Source of the DNA: an uncultured Thermoplasmatales archaeon
GTDB taxonomy: Archaea > Thermoplasmatota > E2 > UBA202 > DSCA01
Assembly: GCA_964606745.1 (NCBI GenBank)
Contig: CAZSHJ010000003.1
Span: forward strand, 4,806-68,805
Length of the DNA: 64,000 nucleotides
Direction: 5' to 3'
The position numbers and the translations under genes are program-made. How positions within the stretch are numbered: position 1 is the stretch's first letter; each line of letters begins with the position of its first letter. Shown here piece after piece: positions 30,034-40,419 of this stretch. Below the pieces are notes generated by a model that searched no databases, was not told the origin of the DNA, and saw only the letters and a program-made list of their open reading frames with translations.

Positions 30034-31287
30034 ATGAAATTTGAAGAGCTCGATATGAATCCAATGTTCCTGAAAAAAGCAAGGGAGCATGGATTCAAAG
30101 AACTTACTTACATTCAGGAGAGATGTATACCCGAAATAAACAAGGAGAAAGATGTGGTCGGTCAGGCGGAAACGGGTTCCGGAAAAACCCTTGCTTTCGG
30201 TCTTCCGATACTTGAAAAGATCGTTCCCGGCAGGGGAATTCAGGCGCTCGTCCTCACCCCGACAAGGGAGCTTTGCGTGCAGGTAACAGAAGTTTTCCAG
30301 GATTTCGGGAAATTGCTAGGCATAAAGACGGCAAGCGTATACGGTGGTGTGAGTATAGAACCCCAGATGAGGAATATACGCAAATCCGATATAATTGTCG
30401 GCACTCCTGGTAGAATACTCGACCATATTGGCAGGAATACAATACATTTCGATAATTTACGATTTCTCGTGCTTGATGAAACTGACAGGATGCTGGATAT
30501 GGGGTTCATAGATGATGTCAATAGGATTATATCTTATACGCCGAAGAAACGACAGACTCTTATGTTCAGTGCCACCATATATGAAGATATTCACCGAGTA
30601 ATGAATAGATATCTCAGGAACCCCCTGATTGTGAAGACCCGTTCACATGTCGATGAAAGCAAACTGGAGCAGGTATACTACGATATATTTCCTCAGAACC
30701 TCAAGTTCTCCCTCCTTTTGCATCTGCTCAGGAACAGCACGCCCGGTCTGGCAATAGTGTTCTGCGGGACAAGACGCGAGTCCGATATTGTTGCAAGAAA
30801 CCTCAAAAATCAGGGCATAAATGCCGTAGCGATACATGGGGGAATGAGCCAGAACAAAAGGCTTAGTTCGCTCAATTCATTGAAGAACAAAAAAACAGAT
30901 GTACTTGTTGCAACCGATGTGGCGGCCCGGGGGCTTGATATAAAGGACGTCACCCACATATATAACTATGATACGCCAAAGACAGCCAAGGAATATCTCC
31001 ACCGCATAGGAAGAACCGCACGTGCCGGGGAGAATGGTACTGCAGTCACCCTTCTTACGAAGCGTGACCACGATAATTTCAGGCGGATACAGAAGGAATA
31101 TGAAATGGAGATAAAACGGACGGATATGCCTGACTTCAAGAGAGTTGCATTCACAAGGGATTATGATAGAAGGGGAACAAGGGATTCTGACAGGAGAGAA
31201 AGGCGATTCAAGGGGTACAACAAATATCCGACTCCGGCTGCTTACCGCCATACATCGGCGAAATCAAGGGGATACAACCGGCGATAA
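30034..31287 (+). CDS. DEAD-box ATP-dependent RNA helicase.
   Basis: Q-motif, AETGSGKT, PTRELC, DETD (a DEAD variant), SAT, HRIGRTAR and a basic RG-rich tail. Confidence 0.85.
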   Translation: MKFEELDMNPMFLKKAREHGFKELTYIQERCIPEINKEKDVVGQAETGSGKTLAFGLPILEKIVPGRGIQALVLTPTRELCVQVTEVFQDFGKLLGIKTASVYGGVSIEPQMRNIRKSDIIVGTPGRILDHIGRNTIHFDNLRFLVLDETDRMLDMGFIDDVNRIISYTPKKRQTLMFSATIYEDIHRVMNRYLRNPLIVKTRSHVDESKLEQVYYDIFPQNLKFSLLLHLLRNSTPGLAIVFCGTRRESDIVARNLKNQGINAVAIHGGMSQNKRLSSLNSLKNKKTDVLVATDVAARGLDIKDVTHIYNYDTPKTAKEYLHRIGRTARAGENGTAVTLLTKRDHDNFRRIQKEYEMEIKRTDMPDFKRVAFTRDYDRRGTRDSDRRERRFKGYNKYPTPAAYRHTSAKSRGYNRR

Positions 31288-31398
31288 ACGGGGTATCCGG
31301 TAACTCCCTTTTTCCGTGGACTATAATGGACAGGGAAAGCAAAATTTGGGGGTTGTAACGTTATATGCAAGATAGAATTATTTCCTCATCTACGGTTA

Positions 31399-32517
31399 GT
31401 GCAACATTTAAAATCCCGACCTTTTTTGAATATTCTTATAAGCGGCAATTCGTTTTGGTACGTTAAAATGGTAAAAATTGAAAAGGTAATATTCTGCGTG
31501 TTTGTGGCAATGCTTTTCGTGATGCCCATGCTGTCTCAATCTGATTCATCATCTCTGGTGGGGGGCGGGGAGGTAAAAAATGATGACCGTTGTATTGGAT
31601 TTAATGTCCTGGGCGATGGGTGGAATAAAACATTCGGGGGAAGTGATGCTGACCAGAGCCACTCCGTCATACAAACTGCCGACGGGGGATATGTTCTGGC
31701 GGGAACGACCGCCTCGTTCGGTGCAGGGGGCGATGACATGTGGCTTGTCAAAACCGATGGCGAGGGCAACGAGCAGTGGAACCGGACTTTCGGGGTGAGG
31801 GAAAATGATGTGGGATGGGACTGCCAGCAGACTTCGGACGGCGGATATGTCATGGCAGGTTTTGCCGGTTCTTCGTCTTCGATATACGGCAATGTTCTGT
31901 TGATAAAGACCGACGGTAACGGCGATGAAATGTGGACAAAAACTTTTGAGGACGACGATGGCAGCAGTGCATACTCGGTTCAGCAGACCGCCGACGGCGG
32001 CTACATCATAGGCGGGGTTACCAACCTCGGCGAGGGGCATGGTGACATATTACTCGTCAAAACGGACGGTGACGGAAACTTTCTGTGGGACAGGATTTTT
32101 GGGGGATATTATCCAGATGCCTGCTACTCGGTTCGGCAGACCGCCGATGGATGCTACATCATAGCCGGAGAAACATATTCTTTCGGTGCAGGAATTGTGG
32201 ATGCATGGCTCGTAAAGACGGCAGAGCCTGCGGTGAAGATATGGATTTCGGGCGGTTTTGGATTGCATGTGTTAATCAAAAATATTGCTGACGATGAACT
32301 GCACGACATAGGTTATTCAATCGAGTTCAGCGGGCTGATATTCATTGGCAGGGAAAGTACGGGGTTCATCAGTTCAATTCCCCCGGGCGGGGAGGTGGCG
32401 GTCAACATGCCGGTTTTCGGCATTGGTTCGGTGACGGTGAAGGTGACGGCATCGGATATATCAAAGACGGCACACTTCCGTGTATTTGGGCCATTTTTGT
32501 TGCCAGACGCAAAATAA
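31399..32517 (+). CDS. Secreted beta-propeller-repeat (SBBP-like) protein.
   Basis: Six or more repeats of the form QTADGGY...AG.T.SFGAGG.D.WLVKTDG.GN..W. A signal peptide is present; the probable start is near 31468. Confidence 0.55.
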   Translation: MQHLKSRPFLNILISGNSFWYVKMVKIEKVIFCVFVAMLFVMPMLSQSDSSSLVGGGEVKNDDRCIGFNVLGDGWNKTFGGSDADQSHSVIQTADGGYVLAGTTASFGAGGDDMWLVKTDGEGNEQWNRTFGVRENDVGWDCQQTSDGGYVMAGFAGSSSSIYGNVLLIKTDGNGDEMWTKTFEDDDGSSAYSVQQTADGGYIIGGVTNLGEGHGDILLVKTDGDGNFLWDRIFGGYYPDACYSVRQTADGCYIIAGETYSFGAGIVDAWLVKTAEPAVKIWISGGFGLHVLIKNIADDELHDIGYSIEFSGLIFIGRESTGFISSIPPGGEVAVNMPVFGIGSVTVKVTASDISKTAHFRVFGPFLLPDAK

Positions 32518-32556
32518 ATAGAAAAAGCAAAAAATGTACAGAGGCATTACCTTTCA

Positions 32557-33432
32557 ATGAAAAAGCCATACGTTGCACTTTCTATTTCAATCGCATCGGT
32601 TTCATTTGCTGCGATATTCATAGTGTCGGCGGAAGCCCCGCCCCTTACCCTGGCGTTCTACCGCATTCTTTTCACTGCACTCATGGTTCTCCCGCTTGTG
32701 GCATTCAATAAAAAACACAGGGAGGAGATGGCAATGCTTCCTTCTCGCCATTTGCTTCTCATGGTCGGCATAGGAATAATTCTTGCCGCCCACTTTGCAT
32801 TGTGGATTTCATCACTTGAAAAAACCTCGGTGGCAAGCTCGGTTATACTCGTGACCGCCCATCCCATCATTGTCACACCCCTTGCATACCTCATTTTTAA
32901 GGAGAAGTCTTCCCCCGTAAATGTAGCAGGCATAATTCTGTCTGTTGCGGGGGTCATAACCCTCGTTATGGGGAACTACGGCATCCATTCCTCTACGCTG
33001 GAAGGTAATGTGCTTGCAATGCTCGGGGGGGCGGCTGCGGGTCTGTACATACTGGGCGGAAGGAAGATGCGTAAGACCGTATCAACGTCGTGCTACGCCT
33101 TCGTGGTTTATGCCGTCGCTTCCGTGATGCTGTTATCGCTCTGCATAATATTCGATTCTCCTGTTTACGGCATAAGCATGAGAGATTACGGGATAATTTT
33201 TCTGATGGCAATTGTTTCCGGGATGTTCGGGCATACGATGTACAACTGGGCACTGAAATACGTTCGTGCGTCTGTTGCATCCGTATCCCTGCTCGGGGAA
33301 CCGCTGGGTTCTTCGCTGCTGGCCTTTGCACTGCCTTGGATAAATCAGGTGCCAACTCTTTATACAATGGGCGGCGGATGCCTGATTATTGCGGGCATAT
33401 ACATGGCATCGCGGCATCAGGAATTGGATTAA
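32557..33432 (+). CDS. EamA/DMT-family transporter.
   Basis: 291 aa with 10 predicted TM helices in two repeated halves. Confidence 0.6.
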   Translation: MKKPYVALSISIASVSFAAIFIVSAEAPPLTLAFYRILFTALMVLPLVAFNKKHREEMAMLPSRHLLLMVGIGIILAAHFALWISSLEKTSVASSVILVTAHPIIVTPLAYLIFKEKSSPVNVAGIILSVAGVITLVMGNYGIHSSTLEGNVLAMLGGAAAGLYILGGRKMRKTVSTSCYAFVVYAVASVMLLSLCIIFDSPVYGISMRDYGIIFLMAIVSGMFGHTMYNWALKYVRASVASVSLLGEPLGSSLLAFALPWINQVPTLYTMGGGCLIIAGIYMASRHQELD

Positions 33433-33485
33433 ATCTGATTGGTGCCGTTAAGAGAATTTATAAATAATTTGCATATGCAAAATGT

Positions 33486-34415
33486 ATGAAAGTTGCGATA
33501 ACGGGGGCGGCCGGATATTTTGGGCAAAGAATAACAGAAAGACTTGAAGGAAACGAGGCATGTGATAAAATCGTGGGCATTTCAAGAAGAAAATTTGAGC
33601 ATTCCTTTAAAAAACTGGATTATTACCGTATGGATGTCAGGAGCGAGGAGCTGAAGCAATTATTTGGCAAATACGAAATTGATGCGGTTGTGCACCTTGC
33701 ATTTGTGGTAAACCCGATTCATGATGCCAAGGAAATGAACAGCATAGATGTCGAAGGGGCAAGAAATGTGCTGGAGGCTGCAAAGCAGGCAGGGGTTAAA
33801 AAAGTCATCATGACGAGCAGTACGATGGTCTACGGGGCATGGCCGGACAACCCAGAATTTTTGACGGAGAGCAGTCCTCTGAGAAGTCATCCGAAATATT
33901 ATTACAGTAAGGACAAGGTAGAAGTTGAAAAAATGTGCGGGGTTTTCAAGAAGCAGAATCCCGACATGATTATTACGATATTGAGACCGTGCCTTGTCAT
34001 AGGGCCGAATGTGAACCATTTTTATTCCCGGTTGGTGAACTGGCCCGTCCTCCCGCTGGTCGGAGGAAACAATCCCGGCATACAGTTTGTCCATGAGAAC
34101 GATATCGGGAGGGCATATGAATTCTTCTTAACGAACGATATCGGCGGAACGTTCAACATCGTGGGTGACGGGACGATGAAATGGAAGGAAATTATTGGGG
34201 CGGCAGAAAAAAGGGCTGTTAAAATGCCAGGCTTTATTGTTTATCCCATACTCAGCCTTATGTGGAAACTTCATCTGACGGAGTCGCCCCCGGAAATTCT
34301 GGACTTTATAAGATACAGGTGGGTTGCATCGGGAGATAAAGCCAGGAAAGCCGGATTCACCCCGGATTACAATTCCAAGGAAGCGCTCTATACATTCCTG
34401 AAAAAGAAAAAGTAG
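33486..34415 (+). CDS. NAD-dependent epimerase/dehydratase (extended SDR family).
   Basis: Rossmann motif ITGAAGYFGQ plus a YxxxK-type core. Confidence 0.7.
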   Translation: MKVAITGAAGYFGQRITERLEGNEACDKIVGISRRKFEHSFKKLDYYRMDVRSEELKQLFGKYEIDAVVHLAFVVNPIHDAKEMNSIDVEGARNVLEAAKQAGVKKVIMTSSTMVYGAWPDNPEFLTESSPLRSHPKYYYSKDKVEVEKMCGVFKKQNPDMIITILRPCLVIGPNVNHFYSRLVNWPVLPLVGGNNPGIQFVHENDIGRAYEFFLTNDIGGTFNIVGDGTMKWKEIIGAAEKRAVKMPGFIVYPILSLMWKLHLTESPPEILDFIRYRWVASGDKARKAGFTPDYNSKEALYTFLKKKK

Positions 34416-34455
34416 AAAAACTTTATTACCTGATTCAATTTACGATTACCCCTCC

Positions 34456-34528
34456 GGGCCCGTGGGGTAGCTTGGCATCCTTCCAGCTTGGGGTGCTGGT
34501 AACCCGAGTTCAAATCTCGGCGGGCCCA
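34456..34528 (+). tRNA. tRNA-Pro(GGG).
   Basis: 73 nt. Acceptor stem GGGCCCG/CGGGCCC is followed by discriminator A. Anticodon stem CCAGC/GCTGG has loop TTGGGGT (anticodon GGG, G37). T-arm CCGAG-TTCAAAT-CTCGG. Confidence 0.8.
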
Positions 34529-34844
34529 TTTCTATTTTTATCTGGCATTTGTATTTGCCCATGCATTAGCGGCTGGCTGATTTAAAAGCGCGGAGGGAGG
34601 TGCTGAATCCCACGATAAATTTTATGGTTGGAGAAGGGATTCCGCCAGCTCTCCTCTTCGTAAGAAGCCCCGCCATTCATGGCGGGGAGTATGTCACTTG
34701 TTCATTCGTCATTTGTGTGAGGATGCGCCAGTCGCTATAAGGAGAAAGGGATTTACTGAGTGTGCCTAAAACGCACATTTTCCGCTCTTTTTTGTTACTT
34801 TCCGAAGTACTGATAAAATCGATAAATTTATAATAAGTTATTGT

Positions 34845-35774
34845 TTGATACCAAATAGGATGGGAAAGATGGATATCAGGGATTACAAATCTGGTATAGC
34901 TAATTCCTTAGATATAAAAACTATTGATAACATACTCATTAAGTTGATAGTATCAGAAAAAGAAGATGACGTTAACTGCGATTATTATATGATTGAATGT
35001 TATGAAGACGATATCCGGGAAGAAGATTTTTTACGAGCTTTAGTTAATATGATTCCCCATTATGCATTAAAAAGGGAAAAATTGGATTCTCTTTCGAAGG
35101 AAAATTTTATGAAACTCAGTAAAGAAGCTTTAAGAAGATTTGTTAGAACTGAAAACTCGGGGGAAATTGGAGAACTACTGATCTTTATTTTATTAGAGGC
35201 CGAAAGGAAGGCTTCTCAATTGATAAATAAAATGGTTTTGAAGACTTCTGGGGGTGTTCACGTTTATGGTCTTGACGGAATACATATTGGGGTTCTTGAC
35301 GATGATGTTGTTCTATACTATTGTGAATCCAAAACTTACAAAGATTTAAACAAGGGCATAAATGCTGCAATATCTGATTTGGATAAATTTCATCAGGACA
35401 ACATAAAAGAAGCCTTCGAATTAGAGCTTGTTAGCGATAATATAGATGAAAAAAAGTTTGAGGGAATCAAAGATAAACTTTTGGAATTATTAGATCCTTA
35501 TACAGAAATAGATAAGAGTCACTTTAAAAAGAAATATGCAATTTTTATTGGATTTGATTGGGCTAATATCAAATCATTTAATTTTAGGCCACCTATAAAA
35601 AATATCGAAGGGAAATTATGTAAATGCCTAAAAACTGATTCCAAAACAATTTGTAATAGATGCAAATCACTTGTTGATAAAAAAACAATCAATCGTTCTG
35701 TAGATATTTTCTTTTTGCCTTTTAAGGATTCTAAAAAAATAAATAGAGATTTCGTTAGGGAGATAAAATCATGA
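34845..35774 (+). CDS. PD-(D/E)xK nuclease-fold protein, a HamA-like (DUF1837-like) candidate.
   Basis: 309 aa. GELLIFILLE...GLDGIH...VLYYCESKTYKD fits the D...ExK pattern. Its stop overlaps the start of the helicase gene. Confidence 0.45.
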   Translation: MIPNRMGKMDIRDYKSGIANSLDIKTIDNILIKLIVSEKEDDVNCDYYMIECYEDDIREEDFLRALVNMIPHYALKREKLDSLSKENFMKLSKEALRRFVRTENSGEIGELLIFILLEAERKASQLINKMVLKTSGGVHVYGLDGIHIGVLDDDVVLYYCESKTYKDLNKGINAAISDLDKFHQDNIKEAFELELVSDNIDEKKFEGIKDKLLELLDPYTEIDKSHFKKKYAIFIGFDWANIKSFNFRPPIKNIEGKLCKCLKTDSKTICNRCKSLVDKKTINRSVDIFFLPFKDSKKINRDFVREIKS

Positions 35775-38329
35775 ACCAGGGTTGGTATCAAGAATTGAGC
35801 AACCGAATAACTTCAAATGATGAATTCATTGGGGATTATCTTGAATTATCAAGGCATTTTTTCAATAATAAGCAAAATAGTCTGTCATCAAAAACCCTTA
35901 AAAGACTTATGGAGAGTGCTTCAATTTTTGCTTGCTCCTCAGAGGAAACCCATAAAAGATTGGCTTTAAAGATTGCTGGCTCAGTTATGGAGGCTGATAT
36001 TGATAATGAAGCCTTAACTGCAGCGTCTGAGTTAATATTTTTAAGATTAGGCAATTTTCCATTAATAAGAATGGCTATAGAAAAATATGAAATGAAAGAT
36101 TTTTTTAGCATTTACAATGGAAATAGACCATTGACTACTCTCTCCCTAAACTATGAACTCACCAACAAGGTTATATCAAATCAAATAGTTATCGGGAAAA
36201 ATATTGAATTATTTACAGATTTTCAATCGAATGTAATAAAATTTTTAAGTGAAAAAGAAGATCTTTCTATTTCTGCTCCTACTTCAGCAGGAAAATCTCA
36301 TGCGTTGAAATCCTTTATTATTCAATCCCTTTTGACAAAAGAAAGATTTGTAGTGGTTTATTTGGTGCCAACCAGGGCACTCATAACTCAGGTACAGAAA
36401 GAAATCAGACAATCATTTAATGAATACTCCATAACTGATGCTGAAATTTTCACCTCTTCTTGGGAAGTGGTCGGGGAGGGAAAACATGAATTTTCTAAAG
36501 CAGTTATAATTTTAACGCAGGAGCGCCTACAAACTATAGAGGGAAGGACAGATAATTTTCAAGTGGATTTTCTTGTTGTTGATGAAGCTCAAAATATTGA
36601 AAAGGGTAGTCGAGGAATTACCTTAGAAGATAGTATTATGCAACTAATTGAATGGAACCCAGATTTTCAAATTGTATTTATATCTCCTTTTAGTAAAAAT
36701 CCAAAAAAATTTGGTGAGATATTCTCTTATGAAACTAAAGACATTATAACAAAACTTACGCCGGTAAGCCAAAATATTCTTTACGTCAATATTGATGGTA
36801 AAAAAATTACTATTAAACAAGTTTCACAGGAATTAGAAAAAATTCTAGATATGGCAGAATATGATGGTGAAAAATCCCTTCCTAAAGTTGGATATAAAAG
36901 AAAATCTTGGGTTGCGTTAAATCTTGTTGATGGCAACTCTACACTAGTTTATTGTGATGGGGCTCATGATTGTATAAGAACTGCACATTATCTTGTAGAT
37001 AATGCCAAAAATGCATCACTAAATAATAAAGAACTTGATGACGCTGGTAATTTTCTAGCTTCTTATATTCACCCACAATATTATCTTGTCGATTTCATCA
37101 AGAAAGGAGTTGGTTATCACTATGGAAACATGCCAGCTTCTGTACGGACTATTGTAGAATCACTGTTTAAAAAGAGATTAATTAATTCTGTGTGCTGCAC
37201 AAGTACATTATTAGAAGGCGTTAACTTTCCAGCAAAGAATATTATTTTGTACAGACCGAAAGTCGGTTTGAAAAACCCTATGGACAAGTTGGGATTTTTA
37301 AATTTAGCTGGACGAGCTGGGAGATTGATGGAAGATTTTGTGGGTAATATTTACTGTATTAACCCCCAAGAATGGAGGGATGGTTATACCCCAAAATCAA
37401 CACCAGAAGACCATGAAATTGGAAGCTCTATGGAAGATGTTGTAAAGAAGAAAAAAGATGAAATTATTAGTCATTTGAAAAAGTATGTAAAGAAAAGAGA
37501 TAATGAAGATGTCATGGTAGCAGTCACTAGATTTTTGGTAAATGAAATTAGAAAAGGAAACAAAGAGTTTGTGAAAAATCTGTTGCAACGTGATAAAGAA
37601 ATTCGAAAACAAGACCTAGATGACATTGTTAAAATGGTTAAACAAATTGTAAGTGAAATAGAATTAGATGGTAAAATTATTATTAAAAATAGGGCTATTG
37701 ACCCCAGATTACAGAATAGATTGTACTTGCACCTTCAAAAAATGGACGAACCTCCTTTGCCCCTTCATCCATCAAATTTTGAATTTTATGAGTCTTTGTT
37801 AAAAATATTAAGTGTAACTAACGAGATATTCCAGAGGAAAAAACCCGAAAATTCGTTAAAATTCACAGCTTGGCTTTCAAAGTCATGGTCAAACGAGGAA
37901 CCTTTAAATGAAATTATCAAACAAAGAATCTCGTATAAATCCAAAAACACTCAACTTACAAAGAAGAAAATCAATGATATAATAGAAGATGATATTATTA
38001 AACATATCAATCATAGAATAAGATACGAGGTAGTTAGGGATTTTAGTTGTTATATCTCTATACTTAAATATGTATTAGAAGAAAAAGATGGGGTGCCTGA
38101 ACATTTTGATGAGAAAGTACCATATTATTTGGAAATTGGGGCAAGTACACCCACCACGATCACTTTAATCAATAACGGCATTCCAAGATCGCTTGCATTA
38201 TTATTTTCTGAGCATCTGCCTGAAGATTTACAGGATTTTGAACTTTGCAAGAAATATATTGAGCAAAATGAAAGTTATATCAAACAAAAAATCTCACCCG
38301 CCTTATACAAAGAATTAGTATTGTTTTAA
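35771..38329 (+). CDS. Ski2/Hel308-like SF2 helicase, a HamB-like candidate.
   Basis: 852 aa with motif I ISAPTSAGKSHAL, motif II FLVVDEAQNI, GVGYHYGNMP (an HHAGL-like motif), CTSTLLEGVNFPAKNIILY and motif VI NLAGRAGRLMED. Confidence 0.55.
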   Translation: MNQGWYQELSNRITSNDEFIGDYLELSRHFFNNKQNSLSSKTLKRLMESASIFACSSEETHKRLALKIAGSVMEADIDNEALTAASELIFLRLGNFPLIRMAIEKYEMKDFFSIYNGNRPLTTLSLNYELTNKVISNQIVIGKNIELFTDFQSNVIKFLSEKEDLSISAPTSAGKSHALKSFIIQSLLTKERFVVVYLVPTRALITQVQKEIRQSFNEYSITDAEIFTSSWEVVGEGKHEFSKAVIILTQERLQTIEGRTDNFQVDFLVVDEAQNIEKGSRGITLEDSIMQLIEWNPDFQIVFISPFSKNPKKFGEIFSYETKDIITKLTPVSQNILYVNIDGKKITIKQVSQELEKILDMAEYDGEKSLPKVGYKRKSWVALNLVDGNSTLVYCDGAHDCIRTAHYLVDNAKNASLNNKELDDAGNFLASYIHPQYYLVDFIKKGVGYHYGNMPASVRTIVESLFKKRLINSVCCTSTLLEGVNFPAKNIILYRPKVGLKNPMDKLGFLNLAGRAGRLMEDFVGNIYCINPQEWRDGYTPKSTPEDHEIGSSMEDVVKKKKDEIISHLKKYVKKRDNEDVMVAVTRFLVNEIRKGNKEFVKNLLQRDKEIRKQDLDDIVKMVKQIVSEIELDGKIIIKNRAIDPRLQNRLYLHLQKMDEPPLPLHPSNFEFYESLLKILSVTNEIFQRKKPENSLKFTAWLSKSWSNEEPLNEIIKQRISYKSKNTQLTKKKINDIIEDDIIKHINHRIRYEVVRDFSCYISILKYVLEEKDGVPEHFDEKVPYYLEIGASTPTTITLINNGIPRSLALLFSEHLPEDLQDFELCKKYIEQNESYIKQKISPALYKELVLF

Positions 38330-38444
38330 ACAATCTGGATTTTCTGCAGTTATCGCATTGCGGATAACCAATTCCCACCTCTTCTGTTGGAGTATGTCCC
38401 AATATATCATCTCTCTTTATGAAGTTATAATACATCCTGTAATA

Positions 38445-38588
38445 CCGTCTCGCTCCCCCCTACTTGTGCGTTCCTGTGAAACCCCCCTACTATATGTATA
38501 TAGATATATAATAGGAATTAGTAAAACATTTCCGGCGAGTGTGTAACGATCGGGAGCGGACAGGCACCAATCAACAGATAGAAACACC
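38445..38588 (+). repeat. Intergenic repeat family R, copy 1 (3' portion).
   Basis: CTTGTGCGTTCCTGTGAAACCCCCC...TATATGTATATAGATATATAATAGGAATT...CAACAGATAGAAACACC followed by a T-run. It is about 85% identical to the copy at 44365. Confidence 0.7.
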
Positions 38589-38865
38589 AATATTTTTTTA
38601 CAATAAGGTCGCCTATTGTAGAAAAGGGGCGGAAATGTACCGGAAATTTTATTTTTGCTGAGCGGTAATGAGCAAATAGTGAGAGGATTGAATGCAGTAT
38701 TCATTATCTTTTATTCCCTCAAACTTTCGATTTTTTCCTCCACTGTAGCAGAATTTTATAATATTTTGCAACCCGTATTTACCACCCGTTTTGCTCGCCA
38801 CCCAAAACCCGAAGATTCGCCAGACCATAAACCAATACTTTTTTAAATAATGTAGTAATATAAAA

Positions 38866-39354
38866 TTGTTTAACATGTTATCCAACACGACAAAGGAGAA
38901 TGCAACGCAAACGGATATGGAAGAATTAGGGCAGTGTAAATTTTGCTCTATGATTAAAAACAAAAGAAATTATGATACTTTCATTACTGAATTAAATTAT
39001 GGCTATGTTTTTCTTAATCCAAATCAATCTTATAAAGGTCGAGTAATATACATACTTAAAGAGCACATCGAAGATTTTACCGAAGTTGATAACGATTTGT
39101 TTTTAAATTTCTGTGGAGAAATGAAGCAGATTGCAAAAATAACTAAACAAACTTTACAGAATCCCCTAATAAACGTTGCTATCCTCGGTAACAAAATTAA
39201 ACATCTGCATTGGCACATAATTCCAAGATATAAGTACGATAGTCGGTGGAATGGACCCCCTTGGCCAATTGATACAAAATTATTGAATCCTGACGAGTAT
39301 AAGGAATTGGCACTTTTGATAGGGGGGAAATTGAAGGTACTTAAAAATGACTGA
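38866..39354 (+). CDS. HIT-family nucleotide hydrolase/transferase.
   Basis: A histidine triad HLHWHIIPRY plus an N-terminal Cys pair (CKFCS). Confidence 0.7.
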   Translation: MFNMLSNTTKENATQTDMEELGQCKFCSMIKNKRNYDTFITELNYGYVFLNPNQSYKGRVIYILKEHIEDFTEVDNDLFLNFCGEMKQIAKITKQTLQNPLINVAILGNKIKHLHWHIIPRYKYDSRWNGPPWPIDTKLLNPDEYKELALLIGGKLKVLKND

Positions 39355-40354
39355 AATAATAAGATATAGAAAAACACCCGTTGGTTTGAATGATATCGGA
39401 AAATTTCCAGCATTGGAGGGAAACTGGAATTACTCTTACAAGAGTCTAAAAAATTTAAATCTTGCTTTCAACGAAAAATTAGATATAGACTCGGAAAAAA
39501 CATCAATTGTGCTAATGGGGTCTTTTGGTAGATATGAAGCATGCCCGTTTTCAGATATAGATTTAGTTGTTGTTTCAAATGAAAAAGAAACTGAGATAAA
39601 AAAAATAAGAAGTAACGCTTTAAAAATTGGTCGAGAATTGAGATTTTTAGCACCTAATCCTAAAGGCGTTTTTAGCCAAGTTAAACCAATCGATTCTTCA
39701 ATACGGGATATTGGAAGCCATAAAGTTGACGATAGTTTTCAGCTATCGCAAAGACTCTTATTGCTAATGGAATCAACACCTGTCTGGAATAAGACATTCT
39801 ATGATGAAATCATCGATAGATTGCTCGAGAGATACTCTTATTATGTAATCGAGGAACCGAAAAAAGAGCAGATATTCCTATTGAATGACACCATCAGATA
39901 TTTTCGCACAATTTGTGTCAATTACCAACACTCTTTTTGGAAAGAAAACGAAAAATGGGCTATTAGAAATATTAAATTAAATCATAGCAGAATTATTATG
40001 TTTGCAGGACTATTATTTCTCATTCTTAACTCCAGCAAAAATAGAACAGACAAAGTGAACTATATGAAATCCCACATGAAATTAACCCCACTAGAACGAA
40101 TCATCCATGTCTATAATGATAACAATGATACAAATGTTGAAAGAGTTGTTGGTTCATACAATGTTTTTCTTGGAAAAATGAGTGATAAGAATATTCGAAA
40201 TAGTCTAAATATTGATTACGTAAATCGGTATTTAAATCCAATATATGCTGAATTAAAAGTCAACGCATGTTTATTGACGGCTGAGCTAACACGCTTTATA
40301 TTTTCTATGATGGGTCACTGGACGAATAGCATATTTGAATATCTTATTTTTTAA
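39347..40354 (+). CDS. Pol-beta-superfamily nucleotidyltransferase (GlnE/DUF294-like or CD-NTase-like) with a C-terminal helical domain.
   Basis: LMGSFGRYEACPFSDIDLVVV matches the GS...DxD NTase motif. The gene overlaps the HIT gene by 8 bp. Confidence 0.5.
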   Translation: MTEIIRYRKTPVGLNDIGKFPALEGNWNYSYKSLKNLNLAFNEKLDIDSEKTSIVLMGSFGRYEACPFSDIDLVVVSNEKETEIKKIRSNALKIGRELRFLAPNPKGVFSQVKPIDSSIRDIGSHKVDDSFQLSQRLLLLMESTPVWNKTFYDEIIDRLLERYSYYVIEEPKKEQIFLLNDTIRYFRTICVNYQHSFWKENEKWAIRNIKLNHSRIIMFAGLLFLILNSSKNRTDKVNYMKSHMKLTPLERIIHVYNDNNDTNVERVVGSYNVFLGKMSDKNIRNSLNIDYVNRYLNPIYAELKVNACLLTAELTRFIFSMMGHWTNSIFEYLIF

Positions 40355-40419
40355 TAACAATATTAAGTCTAAAATCTTAATCTCTAAATGCCCATTTTAT
40401 TTTCACAAATATAGCCAAG

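Noticed and set aside
38358-38546. ORFs 38358..38546, 40817..41152, 44363..44731, 40761..40952 and 44307..44558, whose peptides look mutually conserved (e.g. LVRSCETPLLYVYRYIIGI).
   Set aside because: The conservation comes from the underlying DNA repeat (family R) being about 85% identical. All six frames are equally conserved, so there is no codon-position pattern supporting coding.
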